Below are positions 27,133 to 36,996 of a stretch of DNA of 64,000 bases, one piece after another. The notes under the pieces were generated by a model. It had not been told where the DNA came from, did not search any database, and worked only from the letters and a program-made list of their open reading frames with translations. Each line of letters begins with the position of its first letter. Within the stretch, counting starts at the first letter, position 1. This DNA is from an uncultured Verrucomicrobiota bacterium (GTDB lineage: Bacteria > Verrucomicrobiota > Verrucomicrobiia > Limisphaerales > CAZIFU01). A program made the translations under genes and the position numbers. The DNA lies in the NCBI GenBank assembly GCA_964539075.1, contig CAZIFU010000057.1, positions 22,153-86,152 of the forward strand, written 5' to 3'.

Positions 27133-27726
27133 TCACTTCCGATGCCGCGCGAGGAACCCCGGCTCGTTGCCGGCCAGGTCCGCGCGGCGCTGCCGCGCGA
27201 GCACCGCCCCATAAACGGACACGTCGCGCACCAGCATTTCCAGCCTCTGTTGCAGCGCCATGCTGACGATCTTCCCCTCCTTCACGTCCTCGTCCTCGAT
27301 GAACGACACGCCGTAGGGCAGCGTCCACGCGTAGCATTGGCGCGCCACGGTGCGGAGCTGGTCGGTCACGGTCAGCCCTTTTTCGTGCGAGGCGACGAGC
27401 GTGGCGAACAGCTTGCCGGCAAACTCGTGCCAGAAGTGGTCGAGAAAATTTTTCATCGCGCTGCTGATGCTGCCGTGATAATCGGGCGTGCCGAGCAGAT
27501 AGACATCCGCGGCCTCCACCCGCCCTTGCAGCGCCGGGAAATGCGCCGCGTCGTAGGCGGTGTCCGGGTTGTAAAGCGGCAGCGGGTCTTTTTGAAAATC
27601 CAGCAGGTCCACGGCGCAGCCGCCGGTCTGAAGTTGCTCGACGACGTGACCGACCACGGCGCGGGTTACCGAGGACCCGTGCAGGCTGCCGACGACGGCA
27701 AGCACCTTGAGCGGGGTTTCAGACAT
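27133..27726 (-). CDS. NADPH-dependent FMN reductase family protein
   Basis: ORF 197 aa: KVLAVVGSLHGSSVTR, LGTPDYHGSISSAMKNFLD. Confidence 0.8.
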   Translation of the reverse strand: MSETPLKVLAVVGSLHGSSVTRAVVGHVVEQLQTGGCAVDLLDFQKDPLPLYNPDTAYDAAHFPALQGRVEAADVYLLGTPDYHGSISSAMKNFLDHFWHEFAGKLFATLVASHEKGLTVTDQLRTVARQCYAWTLPYGVSFIEDEDVKEGKIVSMALQQRLEMLVRDVSVYGAVLARQRRADLAGNEPGFLARHRK

Positions 27727-27774
27727 GCGGAGAGGGTAACAGGTTTTCCGCCGGGCGCAACGGCGCGCCCGCCG

Positions 27775-28107
27775 CTAAATGCCCAGGTTGGCCAGCGTGA
27801 CGGAGATGCGGTTCACGATGGCCACCAGCCGCGGATGCGATGATTCGAACCCTTCCACCGAAGAAGCCAGCCCATCGAGGGAGTGCTTGAGCAGTTGCGG
27901 ATTTTTCTGCGCGCGCGTGGCTTCGTGGGTGGAAACCTCGGCGAAGCCGGCGATGCTGCGGGCCTGTTCGGCGTCCGTCTTGGAAAACTCCGTCATCTCG
28001 GCCTTCAAGGTCGTGAGCAACTGGAGCAGCTCGCGCTTGTTTTCCTCCTTCAGCGCGTCGGCGCTTTGAATCCGGTCTTCGATTTTCCCGATGGTTTCGT
28101 GAATCAT
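27775..28107 (-). CDS. DUF4404-like small helical protein
   Basis: ORF 27775..28353. The upstream 82 codons look non-coding, so the start is taken at ATG 28107 (MIHETIGKIEDRI...). Family call from memory. Confidence 0.55.
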   Translation of the reverse strand: MIHETIGKIEDRIQSADALKEENKRELLQLLTTLKAEMTEFSKTDAEQARSIAGFAEVSTHEATRAQKNPQLLKHSLDGLASSVEGFESSHPRLVAIVNRISVTLANLGI

Positions 28108-28207
28108 GGCAAAACCTCTTCCGTTAACTTCATCCTTCAAACCATACCCGGTCTGCAAACAAAAGGAAACGCCTTCGCCGCGGGAAAAATTCCGGCCGGG
28201 GCAGCGT

Positions 28208-28945
28208 TCATTGCTTCCTGCCCGGCTCGAGCACGCCGGCCGCAGACGGGCCGGGCTGGCCGGCCCCTCTCTGGCTGGCGTGATCCAGGGTTTTCTCCAC
28301 TGCGGCGGTGCTGTGTTCCAGAATGGCTTTGAGCACCTGTCTGGCCAACTCAATCGCGTTAATGCCGTCGGAATCCCTGCCCAGGTTCTGGAGGCGGATC
28401 TCCATCAACGGAAGAATAAACGCCCGTTCTCCCGAGAGAGTTGTCAGGTTCACAGTGACGTGGGCGTCGCGGATGAGGAAGTCGTCCACTTGCAATTTCT
28501 TCGCGGGTTTACGGGCGCCGGACGGCGGCGCGACAGCTTGGCTGGCGGTGAATTGTTCAAAGCTCCGGAGGATTTGGCCCAGGTTGTTGCTGCTCCATGC
28601 GCCCTCAAAATTGATCGCGGGGGCCTGCAGCGTCACGGAGTGGACGATGATTTTTTGGGAGAACAGCGACGACGGCTGCAAGCTCACGTCCGCCCGGCTG
28701 ATTTTGATGGCGTAACCGCTCCGATACCCTTTGGGGTTGCCGACGAGCAGGCCCTTGATTTCGCCCCGGCCGGAGAACAATGAGAGGTTCACCATCTCCA
28801 GCTTCATTTCCACGCCGGCGATTTTGGGACCCATTGTTTCCACGCCTTGCTTGATGAGGGTGTGCATATAGAAAACCACCGCCACGATGAACAGCGCCAT
28901 GGCCAGCAGCGCCATGGCCGTCAATCGGAGGGCCAGCTTTTTCAT
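28208..28945 (-). CDS. Membrane-anchored AsmA-like / DUF748-like protein
   Basis: ORF 245 aa. N-terminal TM helix, then VNLSLFSGRGEIKGLLVGNPKGYRSGYAIKISRADVSL...IIVHSVTLQAPAINFEG. Confidence 0.5.
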   Translation of the reverse strand: MKKLALRLTAMALLAMALFIVAVVFYMHTLIKQGVETMGPKIAGVEMKLEMVNLSLFSGRGEIKGLLVGNPKGYRSGYAIKISRADVSLQPSSLFSQKIIVHSVTLQAPAINFEGAWSSNNLGQILRSFEQFTASQAVAPPSGARKPAKKLQVDDFLIRDAHVTVNLTTLSGERAFILPLMEIRLQNLGRDSDGINAIELARQVLKAILEHSTAAVEKTLDHASQRGAGQPGPSAAGVLEPGRKQ

Positions 28946-29118
28946 AGGAAAACGCGCTGAACAGACATAAACGGCACTCGATTCGCCATCTCGAACAGTC
29001 TAGGGTCCTGGCCTGATTTGTAAAGTTTTCAAATGGGCGCTCTGACCAACAGGCTGTTGATCTGATTCGGCGCGCGGGAGTTCAATCCCCCGTTTGACAT
29101 TCCGGTTAAACTGTAACG

Positions 29119-29622
29119 ATGCAAAAACTGGAGCCGCCCGACAGCCACTATTTGTCCGCCGCCATCGGCTGGCTGGAACTGGGCAATCAGCGCGAGGCCG
29201 ATGCGGAATTGGGACAAATCAATCCCGCCTTCGCCCGGCACCCCGACGTGCTGGAAATCCGCTGCGTCATCCACGCGCAGGAAAATCATTGGGCGCAAGC
29301 CCTCCAAACAGCCCGCGACTTGATCGCCGCCGACCCGGGGCGGTCCGCGGGTTATTTGCACCAGGCCTATGCGTTGCGGCGCGTTCCCGAAGGCGGCGTT
29401 CAGGCGGCGTGGGCGGCGCTGTTGCCCGCCTATGAGCGTTTCCCTGAAGACGCGATCATCCCCTATAATTTGTCCTGCTACACCTGCCAATTGGAACAGT
29501 TGGACACGGCGCGGCAATGGTTGCAATGCGCCATTCGCGTGGCCGGCAAGGAGACCATCAAACGCCTGGCGCTGCACGATCCCGATCTGAAACCGCTGCG
29601 GGAGGAAATTCAAAAGTTGTGA
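29119..29622 (+). CDS. TPR-like repeat protein
   Basis: ORF 167 aa with helical-repeat character (AIGWLELGNQREADAEL...). Function unknown. Confidence 0.55.
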   Translation: MQKLEPPDSHYLSAAIGWLELGNQREADAELGQINPAFARHPDVLEIRCVIHAQENHWAQALQTARDLIAADPGRSAGYLHQAYALRRVPEGGVQAAWAALLPAYERFPEDAIIPYNLSCYTCQLEQLDTARQWLQCAIRVAGKETIKRLALHDPDLKPLREEIQKL

Positions 29623-29665
29623 GCGCGAGGTTGACCTCGCGCCGGCGTCCACGCAAAATGCGCCC

Positions 29666-30304
29666 ATGAGTTTTCTGCCGGCGCAAGTCGCGGCCGGGTT
29701 GCAGCATTTGCGCCGGGCCGATCCGGTGATGCGCCGGTTGATCGAAGCGGCCGGTCCCTTTGCCCTGCGCCTGAAGCGGGACCGGTTTCAAAGCCTGGTG
29801 CGCGCGATCATCGCGCAGCAGATTTCCACCAGCGCCGCGCGCTCGATCCGGCGCCGGCTGGCCGAGCATCTGGCGCCCGGAAGAATTTCGCCGGCCACGC
29901 TCGCCGGGAAGACGCCGGCGCAATTGCGCCACGCGGGATTGTCCAAACAGAAATCCGCGTATCTTTTGGATCTCACGCGCCGGGTGCAATCCGGCCAGGT
30001 GCGCCTCAAAAACCTGCACCGCCGGGCCGACGACGAGGTGGTCGCCGAACTGGTGCAGGTCAACGGCATCGGCGTCTGGACGGCGCAAATGTTTCTGATC
30101 TTTTGCCTGGGCCGGCCCGATGTTTTTCCGCACGCCGACCTGGGCATCCGTACCGCGCTGCGCAACCTTTATCGGCTCGAGACGTTGCCGGATGAGGAGA
30201 CCAGCCACGCCATCGCCCGGCCGTGGCGGCCCTTTGCCACGATGGCCAGTTGGTATTGCTGGCGCAGTCTGGAACTGGAAACCATCCCGGGGAACGGGCA
30301 GTAG
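29666..30304 (+). CDS. DNA-3-methyladenine glycosylase II family (HhH-GPD)
   Basis: ORF 212 aa: FQSLVRAIIAQQISTSAARSI, VNGIGVWTAQMFLIF, PHADLGIRTAL. Confidence 0.8.
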   Translation: MSFLPAQVAAGLQHLRRADPVMRRLIEAAGPFALRLKRDRFQSLVRAIIAQQISTSAARSIRRRLAEHLAPGRISPATLAGKTPAQLRHAGLSKQKSAYLLDLTRRVQSGQVRLKNLHRRADDEVVAELVQVNGIGVWTAQMFLIFCLGRPDVFPHADLGIRTALRNLYRLETLPDEETSHAIARPWRPFATMASWYCWRSLELETIPGNGQ

Positions 30305-30562
30305 TAAGTGGCGCGCTTCAATCCGGCAAGGGTTCGGCGGGTCGCCGAAGCAATCGTTCAGACAACGCCCGTCCAGAAGGATGCCATTGAGAAAGGGGAG
30401 CGCAGCCGCCCCGGCTGCAGCCATTGGCGCCTCGCCGATGGCATCGGACAGCAAACGAGCGCACTGAATCGTCCGTGGGTTAACCCGGCAGACGTGATCA
30501 GCGAGGCGCCGAACACCGCACTCGCGGCGCGTGAGCTCCCCAAACCACTTTCATCGTTTCGG

Positions 30563-31453
30563 TCAAGGCACCCAGAGTTTCTGCGGCCGGCTTTCTGCCC
30601 TCAGTTCATGTTTCCGGCGCGCCTTGAACTTGATGTAAGGCGCCACGTAACAACTGCGGTGCCCAAAACTGCCCGGCTCGGCCTTCGGGTCGGCATGGCG
30701 CGGCTCCATCACGTCCTCGATCACGAAGCCGGCCTGGCACAGTCCGCCGAGCAGTTGTTCCCAGCGATGCAGGAACTCGACCGTGCCGGCCTCGCGGTGC
30801 GACAGGTTGCCGTCCACCACCGGTGGCAAGGGGCCGGTGCGCACATACGGTTCCTGGAGAACGTAACCGCGCCGCGACGGCAGCGCCGCCGCCTGCAGGC
30901 TGACCGGCTGCTTGTGCTGGCTCACATAGACGCCGCCGGGCCGCGTGACGCGCGCCACCTGTCGATACACTTTCACAATGTCCGGCACGTAACAGGTGCT
31001 CACCGGCTGCAGCACAATGTCGAACTCCGCCTCCTCAAGCATCGAAAGATCATCCATCGAGGCCTCGAGAGTCCGCACCTTCAACCCGCGCGCCCCGGCC
31101 ATCTGGCGATCCAGTTCGAGCATCCGGGGGCTGAGGTCAACGACGGTGACGATCGCCCCCGCCGCGGCGAACAACACGCTGTGCCGCCCGCCGCCCGCCG
31201 CCAGGCAGAGCAACCGTTTGCCCGTGACATCGCCACCCAGCCAGCCGCATTGGTCCACGACCCCCAGCGGATTCTGGAAATCCTTTTCTGTGGCTGGGAC
31301 GGCGTAGAGTTTTTCTTCGCGCACCCGGTCGTCCCAAGCGCGGCGGTTGTGGGCGTGAGCGGTGGTGGGGACGGAGTGAGGCAATGATGGAGTGAGGGAG
31401 TGTTGGGGACGCGTCCTGCTCATTACTCCATTGCTCCATTCCGCCCCGCTCAC
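30563..31453 (-). CDS. Class I SAM-dependent methyltransferase
   Basis: ORF 296 aa: RLLCLAAGGGRHSVLFAAAGAIVTVVDLSPRML (motif I). The first ~25 codons translate an imperfect inverted repeat (31373-31442), so the true start is uncertain (possibly 31423). Confidence 0.7.
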   Translation of the reverse strand: MSGAEWSNGVMSRTRPQHSLTPSLPHSVPTTAHAHNRRAWDDRVREEKLYAVPATEKDFQNPLGVVDQCGWLGGDVTGKRLLCLAAGGGRHSVLFAAAGAIVTVVDLSPRMLELDRQMAGARGLKVRTLEASMDDLSMLEEAEFDIVLQPVSTCYVPDIVKVYRQVARVTRPGGVYVSQHKQPVSLQAAALPSRRGYVLQEPYVRTGPLPPVVDGNLSHREAGTVEFLHRWEQLLGGLCQAGFVIEDVMEPRHADPKAEPGSFGHRSCYVAPYIKFKARRKHELRAESRPQKLWVP

Positions 31454-31881
31454 TTCTCAACCGGTTTCCCCGCTTTTTCCCAGGCGCGAAAACCTTCCGG
31501 CAGATGGTAAAGCGACTGAAATTTCTGTTCCTGCATCAGAGTGCTGGCCTTGGCGCTGCGCCCGCCCGCCGCACAATGCACGAGGTAGGTCCTGCCCTTG
31601 TCCAGTTTCGCCACGTTTTGCGCGAAGCCCTTGTCGTAAAAATCCACGTTGACCGCGCCGGGGATGTGGCCGGCTTTGAACTCCTCCGGCGTGCGGACAT
31701 CGAGCACAATGATCTGCTTGTTTTTCTGCAACAATTTTTCCGCTTCCGCGATGGTGACATTTTTGGGTTTGGAGGCAGTCGCGGCGTCGGCGCCCAGCGG
31801 AGCGGTTTTGCGTGGTGTCTGGGCGGTGGCAACTCCAGCCAGCAAGCTGACCGAACAAACGAGGATCAAGGTTTTTTTCAT
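31450..31881 (-). CDS. Secreted rhodanese-domain protein
   Basis: ORF 31450..32181. Real start most likely ATG 31881 (MKKTLILVCSVSLLAGVATA signal). Active-site loop HCAAGGRS. Confidence 0.8.
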   Translation of the reverse strand: MKKTLILVCSVSLLAGVATAQTPRKTAPLGADAATASKPKNVTIAEAEKLLQKNKQIIVLDVRTPEEFKAGHIPGAVNVDFYDKGFAQNVAKLDKGRTYLVHCAAGGRSAKASTLMQEQKFQSLYHLPEGFRAWEKAGKPVEK

Positions 31882-32036
31882 GGACGTTTCTTTCGATGGC
31901 ATGCGTTGCTCGCGGCGAACCTGGAAATGGTGCGACCCGGCAACTTCACCGCCGCGTGACGGAAAAGCCGCGATGATGTTTGCCGGGCCGGAAGTGCCAC
32001 CGCGACAGGCGCGGTGGCGCCAGGACGCACATTTGT

Positions 32037-33413
32037 TTAGACGGAGGTGAACGCCTCGCCCGGGATGATGCTGTCGTAGCTCAACGGCTTCACGACTTTC
32101 CCCTCGCCGGTCCGGATGGTGCGGGTTTTCTCGTCGAACAGCAGCGTCAGGCTCATGCGCTCGGCCATCTCCGCCATGCACAAGACGGTCATCGCCCGGA
32201 CGGCCAGGTCCACGTTTGCGAAGGGGGTCGCGCCCGAACGGATGCAGTCGAAGAAGTTCTTCTCCAGCCGCGGCACTTCACCGATCTTCGACGGATCGTT
32301 GAATTCTTCCGGATCAATTTCCTCGGCGAAAATCCGTTCCGGTTTCAGTTCCACGCGGTTCTGGCCGGTGGAGAAATACAGCGTGGCCTTGCGGCCGCGG
32401 ATCATATCGGGCAGGCCCTGCTCGTTGACCGTGCTGCCGGCCACGATGAACGTGAGGCCGCTGGGGAACTCGGCCAGCAGGTGCGTGGTGTCGGTGATTT
32501 CCCGGTCGGTGGAAACTTTGCGGGTGCCGGTGCAGGTGACACGCCGCGGGAATTCCGGATTGCCGGTGGCCAGCATCAAGGGGAGGAATTTGTGCGGGAG
32601 CAAATTGCCCAGGATGCCGGAGTTGTAGGCGTAATATTTGTGCCAACTGAAGTAATGATTGGCATTGAACGGAATCTTCGGCGCCTTGCCCAGCCAGCGA
32701 TTCCAGTCGAGATTTTTTTCGCCGGCGTCGGCATCCACCGGGTAGGTCCATTCGCTGTTGTTCTTGTTGTTGCGGCAATACGACCCCTGCGCCCACACCA
32801 GCGGACCGAGTTTGCCGGCTTTGATCCACGCGGCGGCCTTGTGAATCATCGGGTCGGCGCAATACTGCGAGCCGAGCTGGAACACTTTGCCCGTCCGCTT
32901 GACGGTGTCATACACCTGGAAGGACTCTTCGAGGTAGCGCGTCATCGGTTTTTCGCCGTACACGTGCTTGCCGGCTTGCAGCGCATCGATGGCCACCTGG
33001 GCGTGCCAGTTGTCCACCGTCGAGACGGTGATGGCATCAATGTCTTTTCGTTCGAGCAATTTGCGGTGGTCGGTGTAGGTGTCGGAGTCCTTCAGACCGG
33101 CAAACTCCTTTGCCGCGTTGAGCCGCTTTTGATAAACGTCGCAGACGGCGGCCTGGACGATGTTGTTTTCCTTGGCGTTGTTTTTCTGGTGGCGGACGTG
33201 CGTCATGCCCTGGTTGCCGACGCCGACGTAGGCGACCACGATGCGGTCATTGGCGCCGATGACGCGGCCGGGTGAAGGCGCCTGGTTTTGTCCATAGACG
33301 GGCGTTTTGAAAAGATTGGCGGTGGCCACGGTCGCCGTCACCGCCGCCGCCTGCTTGATGAAAGAACGGCGCGTGGCGCCGTCCGCCGGAAGAGAATTTG
33401 CGTTAGGATTCAT
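32037..33413 (-). CDS. Gfo/Idh/MocA family oxidoreductase with TAT signal
   Basis: ORF 458 aa: RRSFIKQAAAVTATVA, IVVAYVGVGNQG Rossmann motif. Confidence 0.8.
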   Translation of the reverse strand: MNPNANSLPADGATRRSFIKQAAAVTATVATANLFKTPVYGQNQAPSPGRVIGANDRIVVAYVGVGNQGMTHVRHQKNNAKENNIVQAAVCDVYQKRLNAAKEFAGLKDSDTYTDHRKLLERKDIDAITVSTVDNWHAQVAIDALQAGKHVYGEKPMTRYLEESFQVYDTVKRTGKVFQLGSQYCADPMIHKAAAWIKAGKLGPLVWAQGSYCRNNKNNSEWTYPVDADAGEKNLDWNRWLGKAPKIPFNANHYFSWHKYYAYNSGILGNLLPHKFLPLMLATGNPEFPRRVTCTGTRKVSTDREITDTTHLLAEFPSGLTFIVAGSTVNEQGLPDMIRGRKATLYFSTGQNRVELKPERIFAEEIDPEEFNDPSKIGEVPRLEKNFFDCIRSGATPFANVDLAVRAMTVLCMAEMAERMSLTLLFDEKTRTIRTGEGKVVKPLSYDSIIPGEAFTSV

Positions 33414-33677
33414 ATTGGGTTGAGGGGACAGGTTCTTGTTGGTTGATTCAAGTAAAACAGTTTCAGCGATTCTGTGCCATTCTTTGACGAAAGGCGAGCA
33501 TTTTTATTTAATCCCGTCTGGGCGAGGCGAAGCTGGCAACCGGGGCAGGCTCGAAACGTTGCCGTCACAACGGCAGGATCGAATGATGAAAACGAAATGA
33601 TGGCAGAATGATGAACAAGGCGCATAATGGCCTTCGTTGTGAACGGCTGGTTGCGTGACTACGGTCTATCCTTGAAT

Positions 33678-35233
33678 ATGAAGCTAACGTGTCTCCTGCT
33701 CCTGCTCTGCGTTCCCGTCATCACGCCGCTTGCGCGCGGAGCGGATGCGCCCGGTCGCCGGCCAAACATCCTGTTTCTCATGACCGACCAGCAGCGCTGG
33801 GATTGCGTCGGCGCGAATGGCAACAAGCTCATCAAGACCCGAACCTCGACCGGTTGGCCGCGCGCGGAGCGAACTTCACGCATGCTTTCGTGGCCTCGCC
33901 GGTTTGCGTGCCGTCGCGCATCAGTTTCTTCACCGGCCGCTACGCCCATTCTCATCGCAATCGGGTGAACTACACGCCGCTGGACCGCTCGGAGATCTTG
34001 CTCCAGGCCCGGCTGAAGGAGGCGGGCTATCGCACGGCGTCGGTCGGCAAGCTGCACTACACTCCGCCGACGCCCGAGGAGGCGCAGCGCACGGGCTTCG
34101 ACATCGTCGAACTGCACGACAGCGCGGCGTTCACCGACCGCTGGTCCGACTACGTGAAATGGCGGCAGGCGAACGATCCGAAAAAAGCCCTCAACTACCA
34201 CGCCGTCGCCAAAGACATCGCGCCGGGGAAGAATCCGTTTCGCGCCGCGCTCGATGCGGAGTTCACGGAGACCGGATGGGCCGGCCAGCGCGCGCGGCAT
34301 TGGCTGAAGGAACTTGCGCGCGGGCCGCAGCCGTTTTTTCTGCACGTCTCGTTTTGGAAACCGCATTCGCCCTTCGAAGTCGCCGCGCCTTACGACGCGA
34401 TGTATGACGAGGTCGAGATTCCCGTCCCGGACAGCTTCACCGGGGACGACTTGAAAAAGCTGCCGCTGCCGTTGCAGAAGCTTGCCACGCGCGATCGCGG
34501 CGGCATGCAGAAGCCCGACCGTCAGCGGCTCGAATGGACATACCGGAGCTACTACGGCGCGATCAGCCACGTGGATCACGAGATCGGCCTCCTACTCGAC
34601 ACGCTGGCAGCCAGCGGCCAGGCGGACAACACGCTCATCGTGTTCAGCTCCGATCACGGCGACCAGTTGTTCGAGCACGGCATCACGGGGAAGAACTGCT
34701 TTTTCGAATCGTCGGTGCGCGTCCCTTTCATGCTGAGTCTCCCTGGACGCGTGAAAGCGAGACGCTACGATGAACTCATTGAGACCGTGGATTTGCTGCC
34801 GACGTTGTTTGAGTTCATTGGTCTGCCGGAACCGCACGAGTGCCAGGGCCGCAGCTTCGCGCCGCTCATCGCAGATGTGGGCCGTCCCTACACGCCGCAC
34901 GACACGGTCTTCAGCGAGAACATCATCCCTGAAGTCATCACCGGCGGCAATTTCGACCTGCCCTTCGAGAAGGGCAAAGGAGTGGATGGCATCCGTCATC
35001 CCGACGCGAAAATGGTCCGGACCGAACGCTGGAAATACTGCCACTACGCCGACGGCGGCGCGGAGCTTTATGATCTAAACGCCGACCCGCGCGAGCGCAT
35101 CAATCTCGCGGGCCGCGCCGAGCTTCACGCCGTGGAGGATGATCTGCGGCTGCGCCTGCTCAACTGGCTCATCAACAGTTCCGAGACCGACCAGATCGCG
35201 CCGCGTTGGTTGCTTCCGGAAAAAACGAGGTGA
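33678..35233 (+). pseudogene. Sulfatase split by a 1-nt deletion (or sequencing error) in a C-run at 33838-33840
   Basis: Signal peptide plus NILFLMTDQQRWDCVGANGNKLIKT is in one frame (ORF 33627..33968). PNLDRLAARGANF...SPVCVPSRISFFTGRY continues in the ORF 33689..35233 frame. One extra C restores LIKTPNLDRL, as in the paralog at 35275. Confidence 0.8.
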
Positions 35234-35274
35234 TTTCGAACAGTCATACACATGGATCAATCCAACCCCTGATC

Positions 35275-36870
35275 ATGAATCACAATTTTCTTCGGTTCGT
35301 TTTGTGTCTCCTCTTGGTTCCATCGTTTGCGCACGCCGCCGCAGCCAGGCGCCCGGTCAATGTGCTCTTCATCATCACCGACCAGCAGCGTTGGGACACG
35401 ATGGGTTGCGCCGGCAACAAGATTATCAAGACACCGAACCTTGACCGCCTCGCCCGCGAGGGCGCACGGTTCGCCAATGCCTACTCTTCGTGCCCGGTCT
35501 GCGTGCCCGCGCGCACCGTCATCCTTACCGGGCGCACCTGTGAAGCGAACAAGGTGATCAGCAACAACGATCTCAACCTCCGCGATCTGCCTGATTTCTC
35601 CACCTTCGATCAAATTCTGATCCGGCACGGCTACCGTGGCGAGTATTACGGCAAGTGGCACAGCCCTTACAAATTCGCGCTCGATTACCAGAACGCCGTA
35701 CGCTGGGTGAACGGCCCGCGGCCGCCCGGCTGCAAAGCCGACATGTCCGAGAGCGAGGCCTTCAGGAAATACATCGAAGCAAACGTCCCGGAACGTCCGC
35801 TCCAACCGGGCGAACATCTCGCCAACATGTATGGACGCCCTTACCAGCCCGATCCGCTCGACGGCGCCTACCGCCTGACCGCCGAGCAGGTGAAGCGGTT
35901 GGGGCGCGACAAGGATGCGCTGGCCAAAGCCGAGGTGGGTCAGGGGACAACTTACGGTTTGCTCGACGTGCCGCCCGAACACACGCTCGCCGCCTGGACC
36001 GCGAAGGAAGGTCTCGCCGCGCTGGACCGCCTCAAAGACGGTCCGTTCACGCTGACCATTTCCATCGGCCCGCCGCATCCGCCGATGGTGCTGCCCAGGC
36101 CTTACTACGGAATGTATCCGGCGGAAAAGATTCCCGCACCCGCCAGCATCGGCGACCCGCGCGCCAACTCGCCCTATGCCGAATCCAAAAACGCGCCGCC
36201 GTCCTATCGCGACCCGGCCAAGGTGCGGCAGATGATTTCCGACTATTATGGAATGATCACCGAGGACGACGATTGGATTGGCAGGATACTGAAACGACTC
36301 GATGAACTTGGCCTGACCGATCACACGCTCGTCGTGTTTACAGCCGACCACGGCGAGATGCTGGGCGATCACGGCATGTTCAGCAAATTCGTTTTCTACG
36401 AAGGCTCCGTGCATATCCCGCTGTTGATGCGCCTGCCCAGCGTGATTCCGGCGGGCACGGTGATCCACGCGCCCGTGGCGCAACTCGATCTTTTCTCCAC
36501 GATCCTCGATTACTGCGGCATCAGCGACGAAACGTCGGCTGGCCGGGACTTGCGCCCGCTGATCGAAGGCACAGACACCGGCGCGGTACGCGTCGCGTTC
36601 TCCGAGTGGCAGGGCACGGCGGTTCCGGCGTTCATGGTGTTCGATGGCCGTTGGAAGTTTCTGTTCGGGCGCACCGCCACCGCGCGATCGCTGGATGCGC
36701 TCTACGACTTGAAGAACGACCCGCTGGAGCTGAACAACCTGGTCGGCCTCAATCCCGACCGCGCGAAACACCGCGTCGAAGCGGAGCGGATGAAAGGGCT
36801 GCTGGTCGGGTGGTTGGCGCGCGTGAAGTCGCCCCTTTTGGAAGCGGTGAAAGCGCGACCTGCGCCGTGA
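35275..36870 (+). CDS. Sulfatase (formylglycine-type)
   Basis: ORF 35206..36870, start MNHNFLRFVLCLLLV at 35275. Motifs NVLFIITDQQRWD, CPVCVPARTVILTGR, TADHGEMLGDHG. Confidence 0.85.
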   Translation: MNHNFLRFVLCLLLVPSFAHAAAARRPVNVLFIITDQQRWDTMGCAGNKIIKTPNLDRLAREGARFANAYSSCPVCVPARTVILTGRTCEANKVISNNDLNLRDLPDFSTFDQILIRHGYRGEYYGKWHSPYKFALDYQNAVRWVNGPRPPGCKADMSESEAFRKYIEANVPERPLQPGEHLANMYGRPYQPDPLDGAYRLTAEQVKRLGRDKDALAKAEVGQGTTYGLLDVPPEHTLAAWTAKEGLAALDRLKDGPFTLTISIGPPHPPMVLPRPYYGMYPAEKIPAPASIGDPRANSPYAESKNAPPSYRDPAKVRQMISDYYGMITEDDDWIGRILKRLDELGLTDHTLVVFTADHGEMLGDHGMFSKFVFYEGSVHIPLLMRLPSVIPAGTVIHAPVAQLDLFSTILDYCGISDETSAGRDLRPLIEGTDTGAVRVAFSEWQGTAVPAFMVFDGRWKFLFGRTATARSLDALYDLKNDPLELNNLVGLNPDRAKHRVEAERMKGLLVGWLARVKSPLLEAVKARPAP

Positions 36871-36996
36871 CTCAGAAGCAAGTGTTGCTGTGGTTGAGGC
36901 CGGGAATGATCTGCCCTCTTGCAGCCGTTTTTAGTTTGCTTGAGCCGGAGGAGTCCGGTAGGTAAGCGGCGCCATCAACCAAATAACATTGCGAAA

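Noticed and set aside
33831-33845. Programmed ribosomal frameshift in the sulfatase
   Set aside because: No slippery heptamer or downstream structure is evident. A 1-nt indel in a C-run is the simpler explanation.
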